This document shows, piece after piece, positions 17,751-27,619 of a DNA stretch of 64,000 nt; within the stretch, counting starts at the first letter, position 1; each line of letters begins with the position of its first letter. The stretch is from assembly GCA_964490215.1 (NCBI GenBank), contig CAZBAM010000001.1:130962-194961 (forward strand), given 5' to 3'. This stretch comes from Candidatus Micrarchaeota archaeon. GTDB lineage: Archaea; Micrarchaeota; Micrarchaeia; Anstonellales; Bilamarchaeaceae. The notes under the pieces were generated by a model. It searched no databases. It was not told the DNA's origin and saw only the letters and a list, made by a program, of their open reading frames with translations. A program made the translations under genes and the position numbers.

Positions 17751-19322
17751 ATGCCCAAGGAAGAGATGCGGGGGAAGAAAGGCGAGGCAGCCGACCCCGT
17801 CGCATGGGAGCAGAAGCCGAAGGCGGGCCAGGGCGCGCTTTCCTCGTATTCGTTCAGGAGCGAAGGCCTGCCGGTGGAAGTGCTGGTGACGCGGAAGGAC
17901 GAGTTCGTGCCGCGTTACGAGATAAGCATCCCGGGCATAGCCGAGGGCACCAAGCTCATACTGGAAACCAAGCTCAAGGGGGAGCTGGTCACCGAGGTCA
18001 AGCTGGACATAGGCGACATACTTGACCCGAAGAAATACGAAGGCGTGAAGGCGAGGTTTCTGGAGGCCGCCAAGAAGATCCTGACCCGGAACTTCCCGTC
18101 GCTTCCGGAAGACAAGAAGGAGATACTCGCGGTCTACCTCCTCCAGAACACGCTCGGCATGGGCGAGCTGGAGGCGCTTCTCGCTGACGAGCAGCTGGAG
18201 GAAGTGGTGGTCAACAACTCCCGCGAGCCGGTGTGGGTGTACCACAAGAAGTTCGGCTGGTGCAGGACCAACGTGCGCATAAAGAGCGAGGAGATGGTGT
18301 ACGATTACGCGTCAACCATCGCCCGCAAGGTAGGCCGGCAGATAAACGTGCTGAACCCGACGCTGGACGCGCACCTGCCGAGCGGCGACCGTGTGAACGC
18401 CACCCTGTTCCCGATATCGTCCTTCGGCAACACCATCACCATCAGGAAGTTCTCGCGCAATCCCTGGACCATAACCAACTTCATCCGCTCCAGGACGGTC
18501 ACGCCGGACGTGGCAGCGCTCATATGGCTGTGCATGCAGAACGAGCTTTCCCTGCTCGTGACCGGAGGCACGGGAAGCGGCAAGACGTCGTTCCTCAACG
18601 CAATGGCCGGCCTGATACCGGCCAACCAGCGCATAGTGACCATAGAGGACACGCGCGAGCTTACGCTGCCGTCGTTCCTCCACTGGGTGCCCATGGTGGT
18701 GCGCGAGCCGAACCCTGAAGGCAAGGGCGAGGTCACCATGCTTGACCTCATGGTGAACGCGCTGCGCCAGCGGCCTGACCGCATCATAGTAGGCGAAATC
18801 AGGCGCCAGCGCGAGGCCGAGGTCATGTTTGAGGCAATGCACACCGGCCACAGCGTCTATGCGACGCTGCACGCGGACAACGCCGAGCAGACGATATCCC
18901 GGCTCACCAACCCGCCCATCAACGTGCCGCCGGCCATGCTGGACGCGCTCGCGGGAATCGTAGTCACGTTCAGGCACAGGCGCTTCAACATACGCCGCGT
19001 GCTGGAGTTCGCGGAGGTCACCGCCCAGGGCAAGGCCAACGTGCTCTCCAGGTGGGACGTCAGGACTGACAAGGTGAAACGCGCCGGCGGAATGGTGCGG
19101 CTGGCCGAGACGCTCTCGCTCTACGCGGGCATGGAGGAGAAGGAGATAGAGGAAGACGTGGATGAGAAGGCGAAAATCCTGGAATGGATGGTCAAAAACA
19201 ATTACGACGACGTGGACCAGGCCGGGCAGATAGTGTCGCACTACTACGCGAACCCGGACGAGGTCATTGAAGCGGTGGCCAAGGGCAGGCAGTGGGAATT
19301 CAGGGCGCAAGCCAGGATGTGA
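17751..19322 (+). CDS. type IV pilus/archaellum secretion ATPase (FlaI/PilB/TadA family, VirB11-like)
   Basis: Walker A LVTGGTGSGKTSFLNAMAG; RQRPDRIIVGEIR; His box AMHTGHSVYATLHA; N-terminal FlaI-type domain. Confidence 0.85.
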   Translation: MPKEEMRGKKGEAADPVAWEQKPKAGQGALSSYSFRSEGLPVEVLVTRKDEFVPRYEISIPGIAEGTKLILETKLKGELVTEVKLDIGDILDPKKYEGVKARFLEAAKKILTRNFPSLPEDKKEILAVYLLQNTLGMGELEALLADEQLEEVVVNNSREPVWVYHKKFGWCRTNVRIKSEEMVYDYASTIARKVGRQINVLNPTLDAHLPSGDRVNATLFPISSFGNTITIRKFSRNPWTITNFIRSRTVTPDVAALIWLCMQNELSLLVTGGTGSGKTSFLNAMAGLIPANQRIVTIEDTRELTLPSFLHWVPMVVREPNPEGKGEVTMLDLMVNALRQRPDRIIVGEIRRQREAEVMFEAMHTGHSVYATLHADNAEQTISRLTNPPINVPPAMLDALAGIVVTFRHRRFNIRRVLEFAEVTAQGKANVLSRWDVRTDKVKRAGGMVRLAETLSLYAGMEEKEIEEDVDEKAKILEWMVKNNYDDVDQAGQIVSHYYANPDEVIEAVAKGRQWEFRAQARM

Positions 19323-19329
19323 TGGGCAG

Positions 19330-20988
19330 ATGGCTGAGAAAGGCGACTTCAGGGAAACGGCCGAAGCGGTCAGGGGGCTGGAGGGAAAGGCCCTGCAGTA
19401 CGTTCCATATGGCGGCGAAGTCAGCATGGCGCGGACGCTGGAGCTTGAGCCCAGGGAACTCGCGGACCTCGCCTATGCGGACATGCTCAACATGTATGAA
19501 AGGACGGAGAAGATAAGGAGCACGGTGGCAGCGTTCGGACCCGGCGAAGCCGCGCCAGCCAAAACCACGGCAGGCGGAATACTTGCACCCAGCGCGGCCA
19601 TCAGGGCGATGGAGACGAAGCTCCAGGAAATGACTGCCGAAACGCTGAAGAGGGCGGAAGAGGTGTCCAGGGGGCCGATTGTCCCGAAGAAGCAGCCCCA
19701 TGTTCCGGAAGCCGTGAGGGAAGAGGCGCCATCCCCGAGGTCCTACGAGATGGAGATAGAATTTGAGCACAAGGCAGCAGCAGAGAAACCAGCCGGTGCG
19801 CCTGAAAGGAAGGCTGAAAGGACAGGGATGGAGGAACCGGCAGCGCGGCAGGCTGTAACTGACATGGAACTGGAAATACCAGGCGAGTGGGAGAAAGGCG
19901 GCGTGGAAAAGAGGGAGGAGGCCGAAGAAAAGGCCAGGAAGAGCGGGGAGGAAGCGGCTGTCCCGCAGCCTTCGCTGACCGAAACCGGACAGCCGGCAGT
20001 TGAGGTGCCGATGGAAAAGAAGCTCGTGATAGCCACGGTCCCTCCTGCGCTGCGCGAGAGCCCTGACGAGGCAGCGACCAGGAAATACGAGCAGATGGAG
20101 GAACAGGTGGATGCCATGCTCGGCGGTGCCACCGACGAGGTCACCATAAAGAAGAAGATGCTGGAACTCACCAAGGAACTTTTCAAGGAAAAGAGCTTCA
20201 ACAGGAGGGAACAGCTCAAGACGCAGATAAGCGTGATGAAGAACCTGCTAACCTCCGGCGGCGCCGGGGCTGCTGCGGGAGGCAGGAGGAGGAAGGCCGG
20301 GGGGGAAGGGGAGGCGCACGGCAGGCTGCTGGACACGATTGTCAGTAGCCAGCAGGCGGAACTCGCCCAGACCAAGGACAGCATCATAGACTCGTACAAC
20401 CGCCAGATAGGCTCCATAAGGAAGAAGTTCTACGACGACATCGGCAGGGTGGAGGAGCCGGCGAAGAGGAAGGCCGTGTTTGACGCGTTCGTGTTCTCGG
20501 TGACGTCCCTGGTGGAGCAGCTTCCGGGAGTCATAACGAAATACCAGGATTACACGGTCCGGAAGCACTCAGCTGAACTGGAGAAGCTCGTGGGATCCCT
20601 GGGCAGCGGAGAGAAGGCCACCTCGGCCAGGGCCGGGGAGCAGCTGGAGCACATAAGGACCGGATACGCTGCTGAATTCGCGCCGGTCAAGGGCATAATC
20701 GGCCGGCAGATAGAAGCGCTCATAGACTCGGCCGGAAGCGGGGTGTTTGAGAAGGGCGAAGGCGAGAAGGAAGACAAGCGGCTGGACGTGGTGGCGGAGA
20801 TAAGCGCCACGGACGATGGCACCCTCCTGGCCTACCTGCAGTCCAGGGACGCGGCCTTCTACGCCAGATACGAGAGGAAGGAGATGTCAAGGGCCGAGGC
20901 CACGGCCAGGGCGAAGACACTGCTTGCAAAGGAGAAAGGGTTAAGTGAAGGCATGATAAGGAAGTACTTCAGCGAAACAGGGAACTGA
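19330..20988 (+). CDS. acidic hypothetical protein in the pilus operon
   Basis: 553 aa, E/A/K-rich, no P-loop; start MAEKGDFRE chosen to avoid overlap with the ATPase. Confidence 0.5.
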   Translation: MAEKGDFRETAEAVRGLEGKALQYVPYGGEVSMARTLELEPRELADLAYADMLNMYERTEKIRSTVAAFGPGEAAPAKTTAGGILAPSAAIRAMETKLQEMTAETLKRAEEVSRGPIVPKKQPHVPEAVREEAPSPRSYEMEIEFEHKAAAEKPAGAPERKAERTGMEEPAARQAVTDMELEIPGEWEKGGVEKREEAEEKARKSGEEAAVPQPSLTETGQPAVEVPMEKKLVIATVPPALRESPDEAATRKYEQMEEQVDAMLGGATDEVTIKKKMLELTKELFKEKSFNRREQLKTQISVMKNLLTSGGAGAAAGGRRRKAGGEGEAHGRLLDTIVSSQQAELAQTKDSIIDSYNRQIGSIRKKFYDDIGRVEEPAKRKAVFDAFVFSVTSLVEQLPGVITKYQDYTVRKHSAELEKLVGSLGSGEKATSARAGEQLEHIRTGYAAEFAPVKGIIGRQIEALIDSAGSGVFEKGEGEKEDKRLDVVAEISATDDGTLLAYLQSRDAAFYARYERKEMSRAEATARAKTLLAKEKGLSEGMIRKYFSETGN

Positions 20989-20989
20989 G

Positions 20990-21949
20990 ATGGCAGCCGA
21001 ACCCAAAGGCGGCGCTGGCAGCGCCGGGAGCAGCAGGGACAAAGACAGCGACATACGTGTCCAGGCGTCCGAGCCGCCATCCCAGAAGAGGAGGGGGCCG
21101 CTGGCTCCGGCCGCGGAACTGCTGGCCCAGCGCATGCCCGAACTCCGCCCCAAGCTCAGGATGGCCGGCATGGACGACGAGCCGGTCGCCTTCCTGGAAA
21201 AGACACTGACGACGGCGCTGGTGCTGTCCGGCTGCCTGCTGGTCATCACGTATTTCTTCGTATACCAGGCCATAGCCGACAGCCTGCCAGCGAACCCCGC
21301 CGGCGCTGCGCTAATGATAATCGGCCCGCTGGTTCTCGTACCAATGGCCGCATTCCGCTACCTGCTGTTCTATCCCGAAGCGAAGGTGGCCAGGAGGGAG
21401 AAGGAACTGGATTACGAAATCGTATTCGCCGGCAGGCACATAGCCATAGCGCTCAAGTCCGGCATGCCGCTCTTTGACACGTTCGCGGGCGCGTCCACGG
21501 GCTACGGCGCGGTCAGCAGGGAACTTGCGAAGGTGGTGGACAAGGTGGTGATGGGAGTGCCGGTGGCCCAGGCCATAAGGGACGTCACCCAGAACAACCC
21601 CTCAAAATATTTCAACAGGGTCCTCATACAGATATCAAACTCGGTCGCCAGCGGCGCGGACGTGGGAACGTCGCTGGAGAGCGTGCTGGACCAGATATCA
21701 AAGGAGCAGGTCATCGCGCTCAGGGAATACAGCCAGAAGCTCACGCCCATAGTGATGTTCTACATGATTTTCGGCATCATAATCCCGTCCCTGGGCGTGG
21801 TGCTTGCGACGGTGGTGTTCTCAGCCATAAGCGGCGGAAAGTTCGGGTTTTCCTCCGGCCTGCTGGTGATGGTGTTCTTCATCCTGGGCGTGGTGCAGTT
21901 CCTGTTCCTGGGCGCGGCCGAGGCGAGCAGGCCGAAATATCTCGTATAG
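20990..21949 (+). CDS. pilus platform protein, TadB-like (single T2SS-F/GspF domain)
   Basis: T2SSF-type region AGRHIAIALKSGMPLFDTF...QISNSVASGADVGTSLESVLDQI plus 3 TM helices. Confidence 0.75.
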   Translation: MAAEPKGGAGSAGSSRDKDSDIRVQASEPPSQKRRGPLAPAAELLAQRMPELRPKLRMAGMDDEPVAFLEKTLTTALVLSGCLLVITYFFVYQAIADSLPANPAGAALMIIGPLVLVPMAAFRYLLFYPEAKVARREKELDYEIVFAGRHIAIALKSGMPLFDTFAGASTGYGAVSRELAKVVDKVVMGVPVAQAIRDVTQNNPSKYFNRVLIQISNSVASGADVGTSLESVLDQISKEQVIALREYSQKLTPIVMFYMIFGIIIPSLGVVLATVVFSAISGGKFGFSSGLLVMVFFILGVVQFLFLGAAEASRPKYLV

Positions 21950-23032
21950 GTGCCGATCATGACCAACGAAAGCGTATTTGAGAAGGCCGGAAGACTCTTC
22001 TTCACCAGGCAGCGCATAAAGGACCTGGAGGAGGAACTGGGCATAGCCGGCATCTACATCCCGGCCGAGTCGTTCGCCGGCTACATGGCCATAAACGTCC
22101 TCGTGATAACCCTGTTCCTCACGCTTCTGGCAGTCGTGTACGTGCCTGTCGGCGGCGCAGTCGCTGGCGTCCTGGCCGCTTATGTCGGCCTGCCGCAGCT
22201 CATGCCCCTCGTCGTGCTGGCGCTGGCGTTCGCATTCACCTACCTGGCCACCCTCACCCTGCTGTCCAGCTACCTGCTCATGAAAGCCGACGACCGCAGG
22301 AACAAGCTGGAGGCAGTCCTGCCGGATTTCCTGATGCTCGTGTCGTCCAACATAAAGGCGGGCATGACGCTGGACCAGGCGATGTGGTATTCGGCCAAGC
22401 CTGAGTTCGGCCTGCTGTCCACCGAGGTCAAGAGCATCGTAAAAGGCTCGTTCAGCGGAGAATCCCTGGAGAGCGCCCTGGACACGCTCGGCTCCCGCTT
22501 TGACTCCCGCGTCTTCAAGAGGACGATACTGCTGCTAAAGCAGGCCACCACCACCGGCGGCGAGCTCACCAGCGTGCTTGAGCGGACCACCGACGACCTG
22601 CGCAACAGCATGATAATGAAGAAGGAGATAGCCGCCTCGCTGGTGCTCTACGAGATATTCGTCCTGTTCGCGGCCGTGGTTGGCACGCCGTTCCTTTTCG
22701 CAGTGGCGGCCAAGCTCATCCAGATATTTGAGAAGCTCGCGCCACAGCTCGGAGGGGGGACAAGCCTCGGCGGAAGCGGGGGCATAGGCTTCGTGTCAGC
22801 CCTTGCCAGCGTCAAGGTGGGCACCGCCATAATAAGCTCCGGCGACTTCTTCATGTTCACCATGCCCACGATATTCGTGACCGCGCTCATATCCTCGTTC
22901 ATGGTGAGCGTGATAAGGACCGGCACCCGGAGCCAGGGCATGAAGTATTTCCCGTTCGTCCTCGGTGCGTCCTACGCCATATACTGGCTGGTAGGCATCG
23001 GGATAGAGGGCATTTTCGCCCAGATAGTATGA
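21950..23032 (+). CDS. pilus platform protein, TadC-like (second T2SS-F domain gene)
   Basis: LPDFLMLVSSNIKAGMTLDQAMWYSA...LKQATTTGGELTSVLERTTDDL; membrane helices. Confidence 0.75.
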   Translation: MPIMTNESVFEKAGRLFFTRQRIKDLEEELGIAGIYIPAESFAGYMAINVLVITLFLTLLAVVYVPVGGAVAGVLAAYVGLPQLMPLVVLALAFAFTYLATLTLLSSYLLMKADDRRNKLEAVLPDFLMLVSSNIKAGMTLDQAMWYSAKPEFGLLSTEVKSIVKGSFSGESLESALDTLGSRFDSRVFKRTILLLKQATTTGGELTSVLERTTDDLRNSMIMKKEIAASLVLYEIFVLFAAVVGTPFLFAVAAKLIQIFEKLAPQLGGGTSLGGSGGIGFVSALASVKVGTAIISSGDFFMFTMPTIFVTALISSFMVSVIRTGTRSQGMKYFPFVLGASYAIYWLVGIGIEGIFAQIV

Positions 23033-23050
23033 TGATACGGAGTTGATAGG

Positions 23051-23617
23051 ATGGATTTTATGAATGCTTTGAAGGGAAGCGCAAAAGGCCAGGCGGTCAT
23101 GGAATACCTGATAACCTACGGCCTCGCGCTCTTCGTGATTTTGATAGTGCTCGCCATACTGGTGGCGGTCGTCCTGCCCCAGCTCAAGGCGCCTGAGAAC
23201 TGCCAGTTCAGCCAGCCTGGATTCGGCTGCAGCACCAAGAAGCACGTTATAGTTTCTGATACGGCTAACGACAACGTGGTGACTGCCATAATCCAGCTGG
23301 ACAACCAGCAGGGCAGGGAAATCGACATCCACGGGGTGCTGTGCTCCAGCGACGTTCCGGGCAACATAAACGCGGCGACGTTCACCAGCGCAAACTCCTT
23401 TGTGGATACGTCGGTGGGCTCCATGAATACCGGTGCGAGCACGCCAGTGACACTGGACTGCGTGGAACCGGACGGGGAGAACCAGGTATCTCTTGCCCCG
23501 GGCGCGACCTTCAAGGGAAGCATAGCGGTGCTCTACGGCTACCAGGACGAGGTCGCGGGCGCGCCGCAGAGGCTGGCCATCGCGACCATAACCGGCACCG
23601 CCCAGGCTTCGGACTGA
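23051..23617 (+). CDS. Flp/Tad-type pilin with class III signal peptide (G/xxxxEY motif)
   Basis: MDFMNALKGSAKG|QAVMEYLITYGLALFVILIVLAILVAV: Gly then 4 residues then Glu-Tyr, hydrophobic helix, ~140-aa variable domain. Confidence 0.7.
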   Translation: MDFMNALKGSAKGQAVMEYLITYGLALFVILIVLAILVAVVLPQLKAPENCQFSQPGFGCSTKKHVIVSDTANDNVVTAIIQLDNQQGREIDIHGVLCSSDVPGNINAATFTSANSFVDTSVGSMNTGASTPVTLDCVEPDGENQVSLAPGATFKGSIAVLYGYQDEVAGAPQRLAIATITGTAQASD

Positions 23618-23619
23618 AC

Positions 23620-23670
23620 CTTCCTTTTTTATTTTTAATTTTTATTTCCTATTTTTATTTTCCTTTTCTG
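23620..23670. terminator. bidirectional oligo-T terminator between the pilin (+) and apgM (-)
   Basis: TTCCTTTTTTATTTTTAATTTTTATTTCCTATTTTTATTTTCCTTTTCTG: multiple T-tracts typical of archaeal termination. Confidence 0.5.
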
Positions 23671-23680
23671 CCAGCCCGGG

Positions 23681-24886
23681 CTAACTCCCGTATTTCTGCG
23701 CCTTTTCAATCAGGTTCAGGATGAGATATACGATGTCCTTGCCCTTTATGTGGCCGAGGCCGCCTTCCGCGCAGCTTATCTCGTCAAATCTTGACACGCG
23801 GTCAGTGGGCTCGCCATTGCCGCACACCATTATGGGCACCTCGTGGCCAGAGTGCGCCTTGCGGCAGCAGGGCGTGGAATGGTCCCCGGTGATTACGAGG
23901 CAGGCGCCGCTTTTCGCCAGGATGGGCACTGCCTCAGCGTCTATGCGCTCTATCATCCGCTTCTTGCCCATGAAATCGCCGTCATGGCCTGCGCTGTCGC
24001 ACGCCTTCACGTGCATGAACACGGCGTCGTAGTCCTGCAGCGCCTTGACTGCGGCCCTGGCCTTGGCCCTGAGGTCAGTGTTCCTGTCGCCGGTTGCACC
24101 AGGCACGAGCACGACGTCCATGCCGACGTAGCGCGCGATGCCCTTGTAAAGCGCGCCGCCTGCCACGCACGCGGCATCAATGCCGAAGCGCTCGGTGAAC
24201 GACGGCGCTTCAGCGTAGTATCCCGCGCCCCTCAGCAGGAGGGCGTTGGCCGGCTTCGCACGCTTCCGGTTCTCCGGGGCCGCCGAGAGTATCCCGCCTG
24301 AGATTTCCGTGAAACGGTTGATTATGCGCGCGGTCTTTGCCGCCTGCCACGTCCCGTCCAGCGGGTGGCACTCGTGGATGGGGCCGGATTCGTGGGGGTC
24401 GGTCTCTGAGACGTTGTGGCTCAGGCCTGAGCCGTGCAGGACGAGCGCGCCGCGGTGCTCCACGGAGTTGCGGAATTCCACCTGCACGCCCTCTATCTTC
24501 ATGGAAAGGTTCGCTGACAACGCACTCGCTGTTTTCGTGTCAATCCTGCCAGCGCGCCTGTCAACCACCCTGCCGTCCTTCACGGTCGCGAAATTGGCCC
24601 TGAACGCCACGTCGCCGTTGCACAGGTCCATGCCGAGGCCGAGCGCCTCCAGCGGGCCCCTGCCGTGATAGAATATCGCAGGGTCATAGCCGAGAATCTG
24701 CAGGTGCGAGGTGTCGCTGCCAGGCACGACGTAGCGCTTCACTGGCGCGAGCATGCCTGTGATGCCTTCCTTTGCCAGCCGGTCCAGGTTCGGCTTCACT
24801 GCCGCCTGGAGCGGCGTCTTCGGCGTGGGCAGGTCGCCCAGCCCGTCTATGATGAGGAGTATGGCCTTCTTGTTGTCAGCTGCCAT
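23681..24886 (-). CDS. apgM: 2,3-bisphosphoglycerate-independent phosphoglycerate mutase, archaeal type
   Basis: MAADNKKAILLIIDGLGD...; ~400 aa COG3635-like; metal-binding His/Asp blocks (GDHSTP, HVKACDSAGHDGD). Confidence 0.85.
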   Translation of the reverse strand: MAADNKKAILLIIDGLGDLPTPKTPLQAAVKPNLDRLAKEGITGMLAPVKRYVVPGSDTSHLQILGYDPAIFYHGRGPLEALGLGMDLCNGDVAFRANFATVKDGRVVDRRAGRIDTKTASALSANLSMKIEGVQVEFRNSVEHRGALVLHGSGLSHNVSETDPHESGPIHECHPLDGTWQAAKTARIINRFTEISGGILSAAPENRKRAKPANALLLRGAGYYAEAPSFTERFGIDAACVAGGALYKGIARYVGMDVVLVPGATGDRNTDLRAKARAAVKALQDYDAVFMHVKACDSAGHDGDFMGKKRMIERIDAEAVPILAKSGACLVITGDHSTPCCRKAHSGHEVPIMVCGNGEPTDRVSRFDEISCAEGGLGHIKGKDIVYLILNLIEKAQKYGS

Positions 24887-25014
24887 GCTTTCCAGTCGCA
24901 GTGAGGGTTAAAAAAACCTGTTGATGCCGGGCCAGGCATGTTATGAGGTGGCAATGGATATGCTAATAAAGGCATGCCACATAAATTACATAAGTAACAC
25001 AGAAGGGCGGGAAC

Positions 25015-25554
25015 ATGAATCACAACGGCGAATACAGGCCAAACAGATCCAGCTTCTTGATAACTCAGCCAGGCCAGCGGTCAAACAAACCAACCACGCA
25101 TCAACCAAGCAGGCCAACTATGCATCAATATTTCTATAGGGGGCAGGTGACACTGGGAATAAACCCCCTGCAGGTAGCAAAGGACCTGGAAAGCGACGGC
25201 AGACACCTGGCGGCGGGCATGGAGTATGCGAGGCAGGGGAAGATTACGGATGCGAAAAGAGGCGTAAAAGCGTGCATGGCTGTCGGCCGCACGGCAGATG
25301 CAGCGACCATATATCTAGCCGCGGGCATGCCACGCGAAGCGATTGAATGCACGCTGGAATGCACTGGCGACGACGCGTTCAGGGCTGCAAAGCTGTTCCT
25401 TGAGCACTCAGAGACCGAAGCCGCGCATGAATGTGCAAAGCGCTACCTGGAGGGGAAGGACGCTGCAACCATCTGCAAAGACGAGAAAAAAATCCTTTTC
25501 AGGATATTCTGCCGGGCCGGGGACGAGACAATGGCCAACCAGTTCATCGTATGA
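25015..25554 (+). CDS. hypothetical protein (low-complexity Q/P/T-rich N-terminus; true start may be internal)
   Basis: ORF only; no family. Confidence 0.3.
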   Translation: MNHNGEYRPNRSSFLITQPGQRSNKPTTHQPSRPTMHQYFYRGQVTLGINPLQVAKDLESDGRHLAAGMEYARQGKITDAKRGVKACMAVGRTADAATIYLAAGMPREAIECTLECTGDDAFRAAKLFLEHSETEAAHECAKRYLEGKDAATICKDEKKILFRIFCRAGDETMANQFIV

Positions 25555-25580
25555 CAACGACGCCAAAGCGCAGCCAAATC

Positions 25581-26768
25581 TTATTGCAGCATCTGCGGGG
25601 CGAACAGCAGCATCAGGCCGAGCACGAGCATTATCACGCCGCCTATGATTTTGCAGTATTTCGCGTATTTTCCGCCCACTTCCGCATAGATGAGGATGGC
25701 CGAGCCGAAGATGAGCAGGTCGTCCAGCATGAAGAAGAGGTCGTACAGCAGGATGTATGCATAATACTGCCAGGTGGGCAGGCTGCTGAGCGCGAGCACC
25801 TGGGTGAAGACCGCGGGGATGGCTGAAGAGCATACGAATTCTATTGAATTGACGGTGAAGGCCAGCACCACAAGCCCGACAAGCACTGCCCAGGTCATGG
25901 GCGCGGCCACAAGCTCGCGCATCCGCGCGGTAAGTTTTTTCTTCTCGGCGCCACTCGTCACCTCGCAGACCATGGCGCCTTTCGTTTCAAAGTATTCCTT
26001 TACGGACAGTATGCCGCCGCCGAGCGCAACAAGGCCGACCAGTATGGTCACCGGCCGGACATAGCCAAGGAAAAGGAATGCGTTCAGCCAGGCTGTCATG
26101 AACAGGAAATAGAGCACGCCTGAAGCCAGCAGGAAGGTGCCGACTATGAGCCAGATGCGCTTCCGGTCGTTCAGTTCCATGACGAGCCCTATAAGGTAGA
26201 CCAGGACCCACATGGCACAGGGGTTGAAGCCGTCAATAAGGCCCAGGACTGCTGCGAGCACGGGCAGGGACAGCGTGGAGAGGTCCATCCTGCCCAGCAG
26301 GGGGATGCTGAAGGAGCGCAGGGAAGATTCGCCTGATACCGAGACCGTGCGGTTGCAGCCGTTCTCAAGGCAGGAGGCTATGGCAGTGCGCATTTCCGCG
26401 CCGGTCGTCCCCTCGGATTCAAAACCGATGAAGACGCTGCCATCCACGAATGTGGTCGGCGTCGCGAGCCTGGACTCGTCAATGCTGAAGTTCTGCGCCA
26501 TGATGAGCAGCTGCCGGTATTCCTCCGGGATGGTGACGTCATGGCGGGCTATCTTCACGTCAGGGAATTCCTGGGCGAGCTTTTCGTTGAACGGCTCCTG
26601 CATCGCGCAGTGCGGGCACGTGGGCGAGTAGAAGAAATGTATCGTGAGCCTGGCCGTGGACTGCTCCTCAGCCGCCTGCGGGGCTGCGAGATAAATGGCG
26701 ATTCCGAGCACCATCAGCGCGAGCGTGAGGTAGCGGTTGAACGGGTTCCTGAAGAAGTCGTCAAGCAT
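25581..26768 (-). CDS. thioredoxin-CcdA fusion (DsbD-like thiol:disulfide interchange membrane protein)
   Basis: Signal anchor, then Trx motif SPTCPHCA, then a 6-TM CcdA-like core with paired Cys (FNPCAMW, EFVCSSA). Confidence 0.75.
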   Translation of the reverse strand: MLDDFFRNPFNRYLTLALMVLGIAIYLAAPQAAEEQSTARLTIHFFYSPTCPHCAMQEPFNEKLAQEFPDVKIARHDVTIPEEYRQLLIMAQNFSIDESRLATPTTFVDGSVFIGFESEGTTGAEMRTAIASCLENGCNRTVSVSGESSLRSFSIPLLGRMDLSTLSLPVLAAVLGLIDGFNPCAMWVLVYLIGLVMELNDRKRIWLIVGTFLLASGVLYFLFMTAWLNAFLFLGYVRPVTILVGLVALGGGILSVKEYFETKGAMVCEVTSGAEKKKLTARMRELVAAPMTWAVLVGLVVLAFTVNSIEFVCSSAIPAVFTQVLALSSLPTWQYYAYILLYDLFFMLDDLLIFGSAILIYAEVGGKYAKYCKIIGGVIMLVLGLMLLFAPQMLQ

Positions 26769-26778
26769 GGTTGCGCAT

Positions 26779-26917
26779 CACACTCCCAGGGTTCGCGGAA
26801 GCCTAGGTTTTTAAACCTAGGAGGAAGCGAACCCGAATCCTCAGTTTTTCTTGTGCCACACGGCTTCCTGCCTAAAGCAGTCAGCCAGAAGCCCAGGGCT
26901 TTAGCCCTGGGAGTGTG
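26779..26917. repeat. REP-like structured intergenic element, copy 2 (TIRs CACACTCCCAGGG / CCCTGGGAGTGTG)
   Basis: Fills the gap between the stop of 26918..27619 and 10 nt before the ATG of 25581..26768. Shares an identical CCCAGGGCTTTAGCCCTGGG hairpin, CTTTAGGC(G/A)GGAAGCC and GGCTTCCGCG blocks. Palindrome CCTAGGTTTTTAAACCTAGG replaces TCAGTTTTGAAAACTGA of copy 1. Confidence 0.6.
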
Positions 26918-27619
26918 TCACCGTTTTGCCGCGTCATTCACTGCAGCGATGTTCTTCTGCGTATATTTTTTCAATGCTGCGGATTGCTGCGGCGCGAGCC
27001 GCTCTATGGCCATGCCCCAGTGGATGGACACCATGTCGCCCTTTTTCAGCGCCCCTACGAAGCGGACGCCGCCTTTAACCAGCGCGACACGCTCGTTTTT
27101 CTGCACGAGCGCGAGCCGCCCGGCCTTCCTCGCGACCGAATGGCGGCGGACGAGTGCGGAATCCGGCGACAGGGACAGGACCAGGCCTGAAGCCACGCAG
27201 CACGAGTCGTAGTTTTTTACTGAGCGGGCGACCTTGTCCGTCGCGAAATTCACGTAGAGGGGGTTGAAGCTGTGGTGCGCGGTGATTCCGGCGGGCAGGT
27301 TCCTGGCGAGCCTTTCCGCGCGGGCCGGATTTTTTATTATCGTGGGGATGAAACTGCGGACGGCCTCAGGCGGAACGTTGCCGAGCAGCCGGTTGCCTGT
27401 CCAGAACGCGCGCACGACGTCCAGGTCAAACGGCTTTTTGTCGTTCGCACGGGCGATGAGCGAGAGGTAGCCGTAGTGGGCCGTGAATCTTTTCAGCTCC
27501 TGCTCCATCCGGCGCTGGTTGCCGGACTTGAGCGCGGCGATGAACGACCGGCGGCCGCAGTATCCCCTGCTGTTCGGCGGGAAAGCGTAGCGCGCGGCCA
27601 GCTCCACACCGTTGTTCAT
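26918..27619 (-). CDS. protein with HypC/HupF-like C-terminal domain and ~140-aa N-terminal extension
   Basis: C-terminal CCVASGLVLSL...GRLALVQKNERVALVKGGVRFVGALKKGDMVSIHWGMAIERL aligns with the HypC pattern (C-L-A-I-P..., GDYVLVHVGFAIE). The Cys is internal rather than at position 2. Confidence 0.45.
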   Translation of the reverse strand: MNNGVELAARYAFPPNSRGYCGRRSFIAALKSGNQRRMEQELKRFTAHYGYLSLIARANDKKPFDLDVVRAFWTGNRLLGNVPPEAVRSFIPTIIKNPARAERLARNLPAGITAHHSFNPLYVNFATDKVARSVKNYDSCCVASGLVLSLSPDSALVRRHSVARKAGRLALVQKNERVALVKGGVRFVGALKKGDMVSIHWGMAIERLAPQQSAALKKYTQKNIAAVNDAAKR

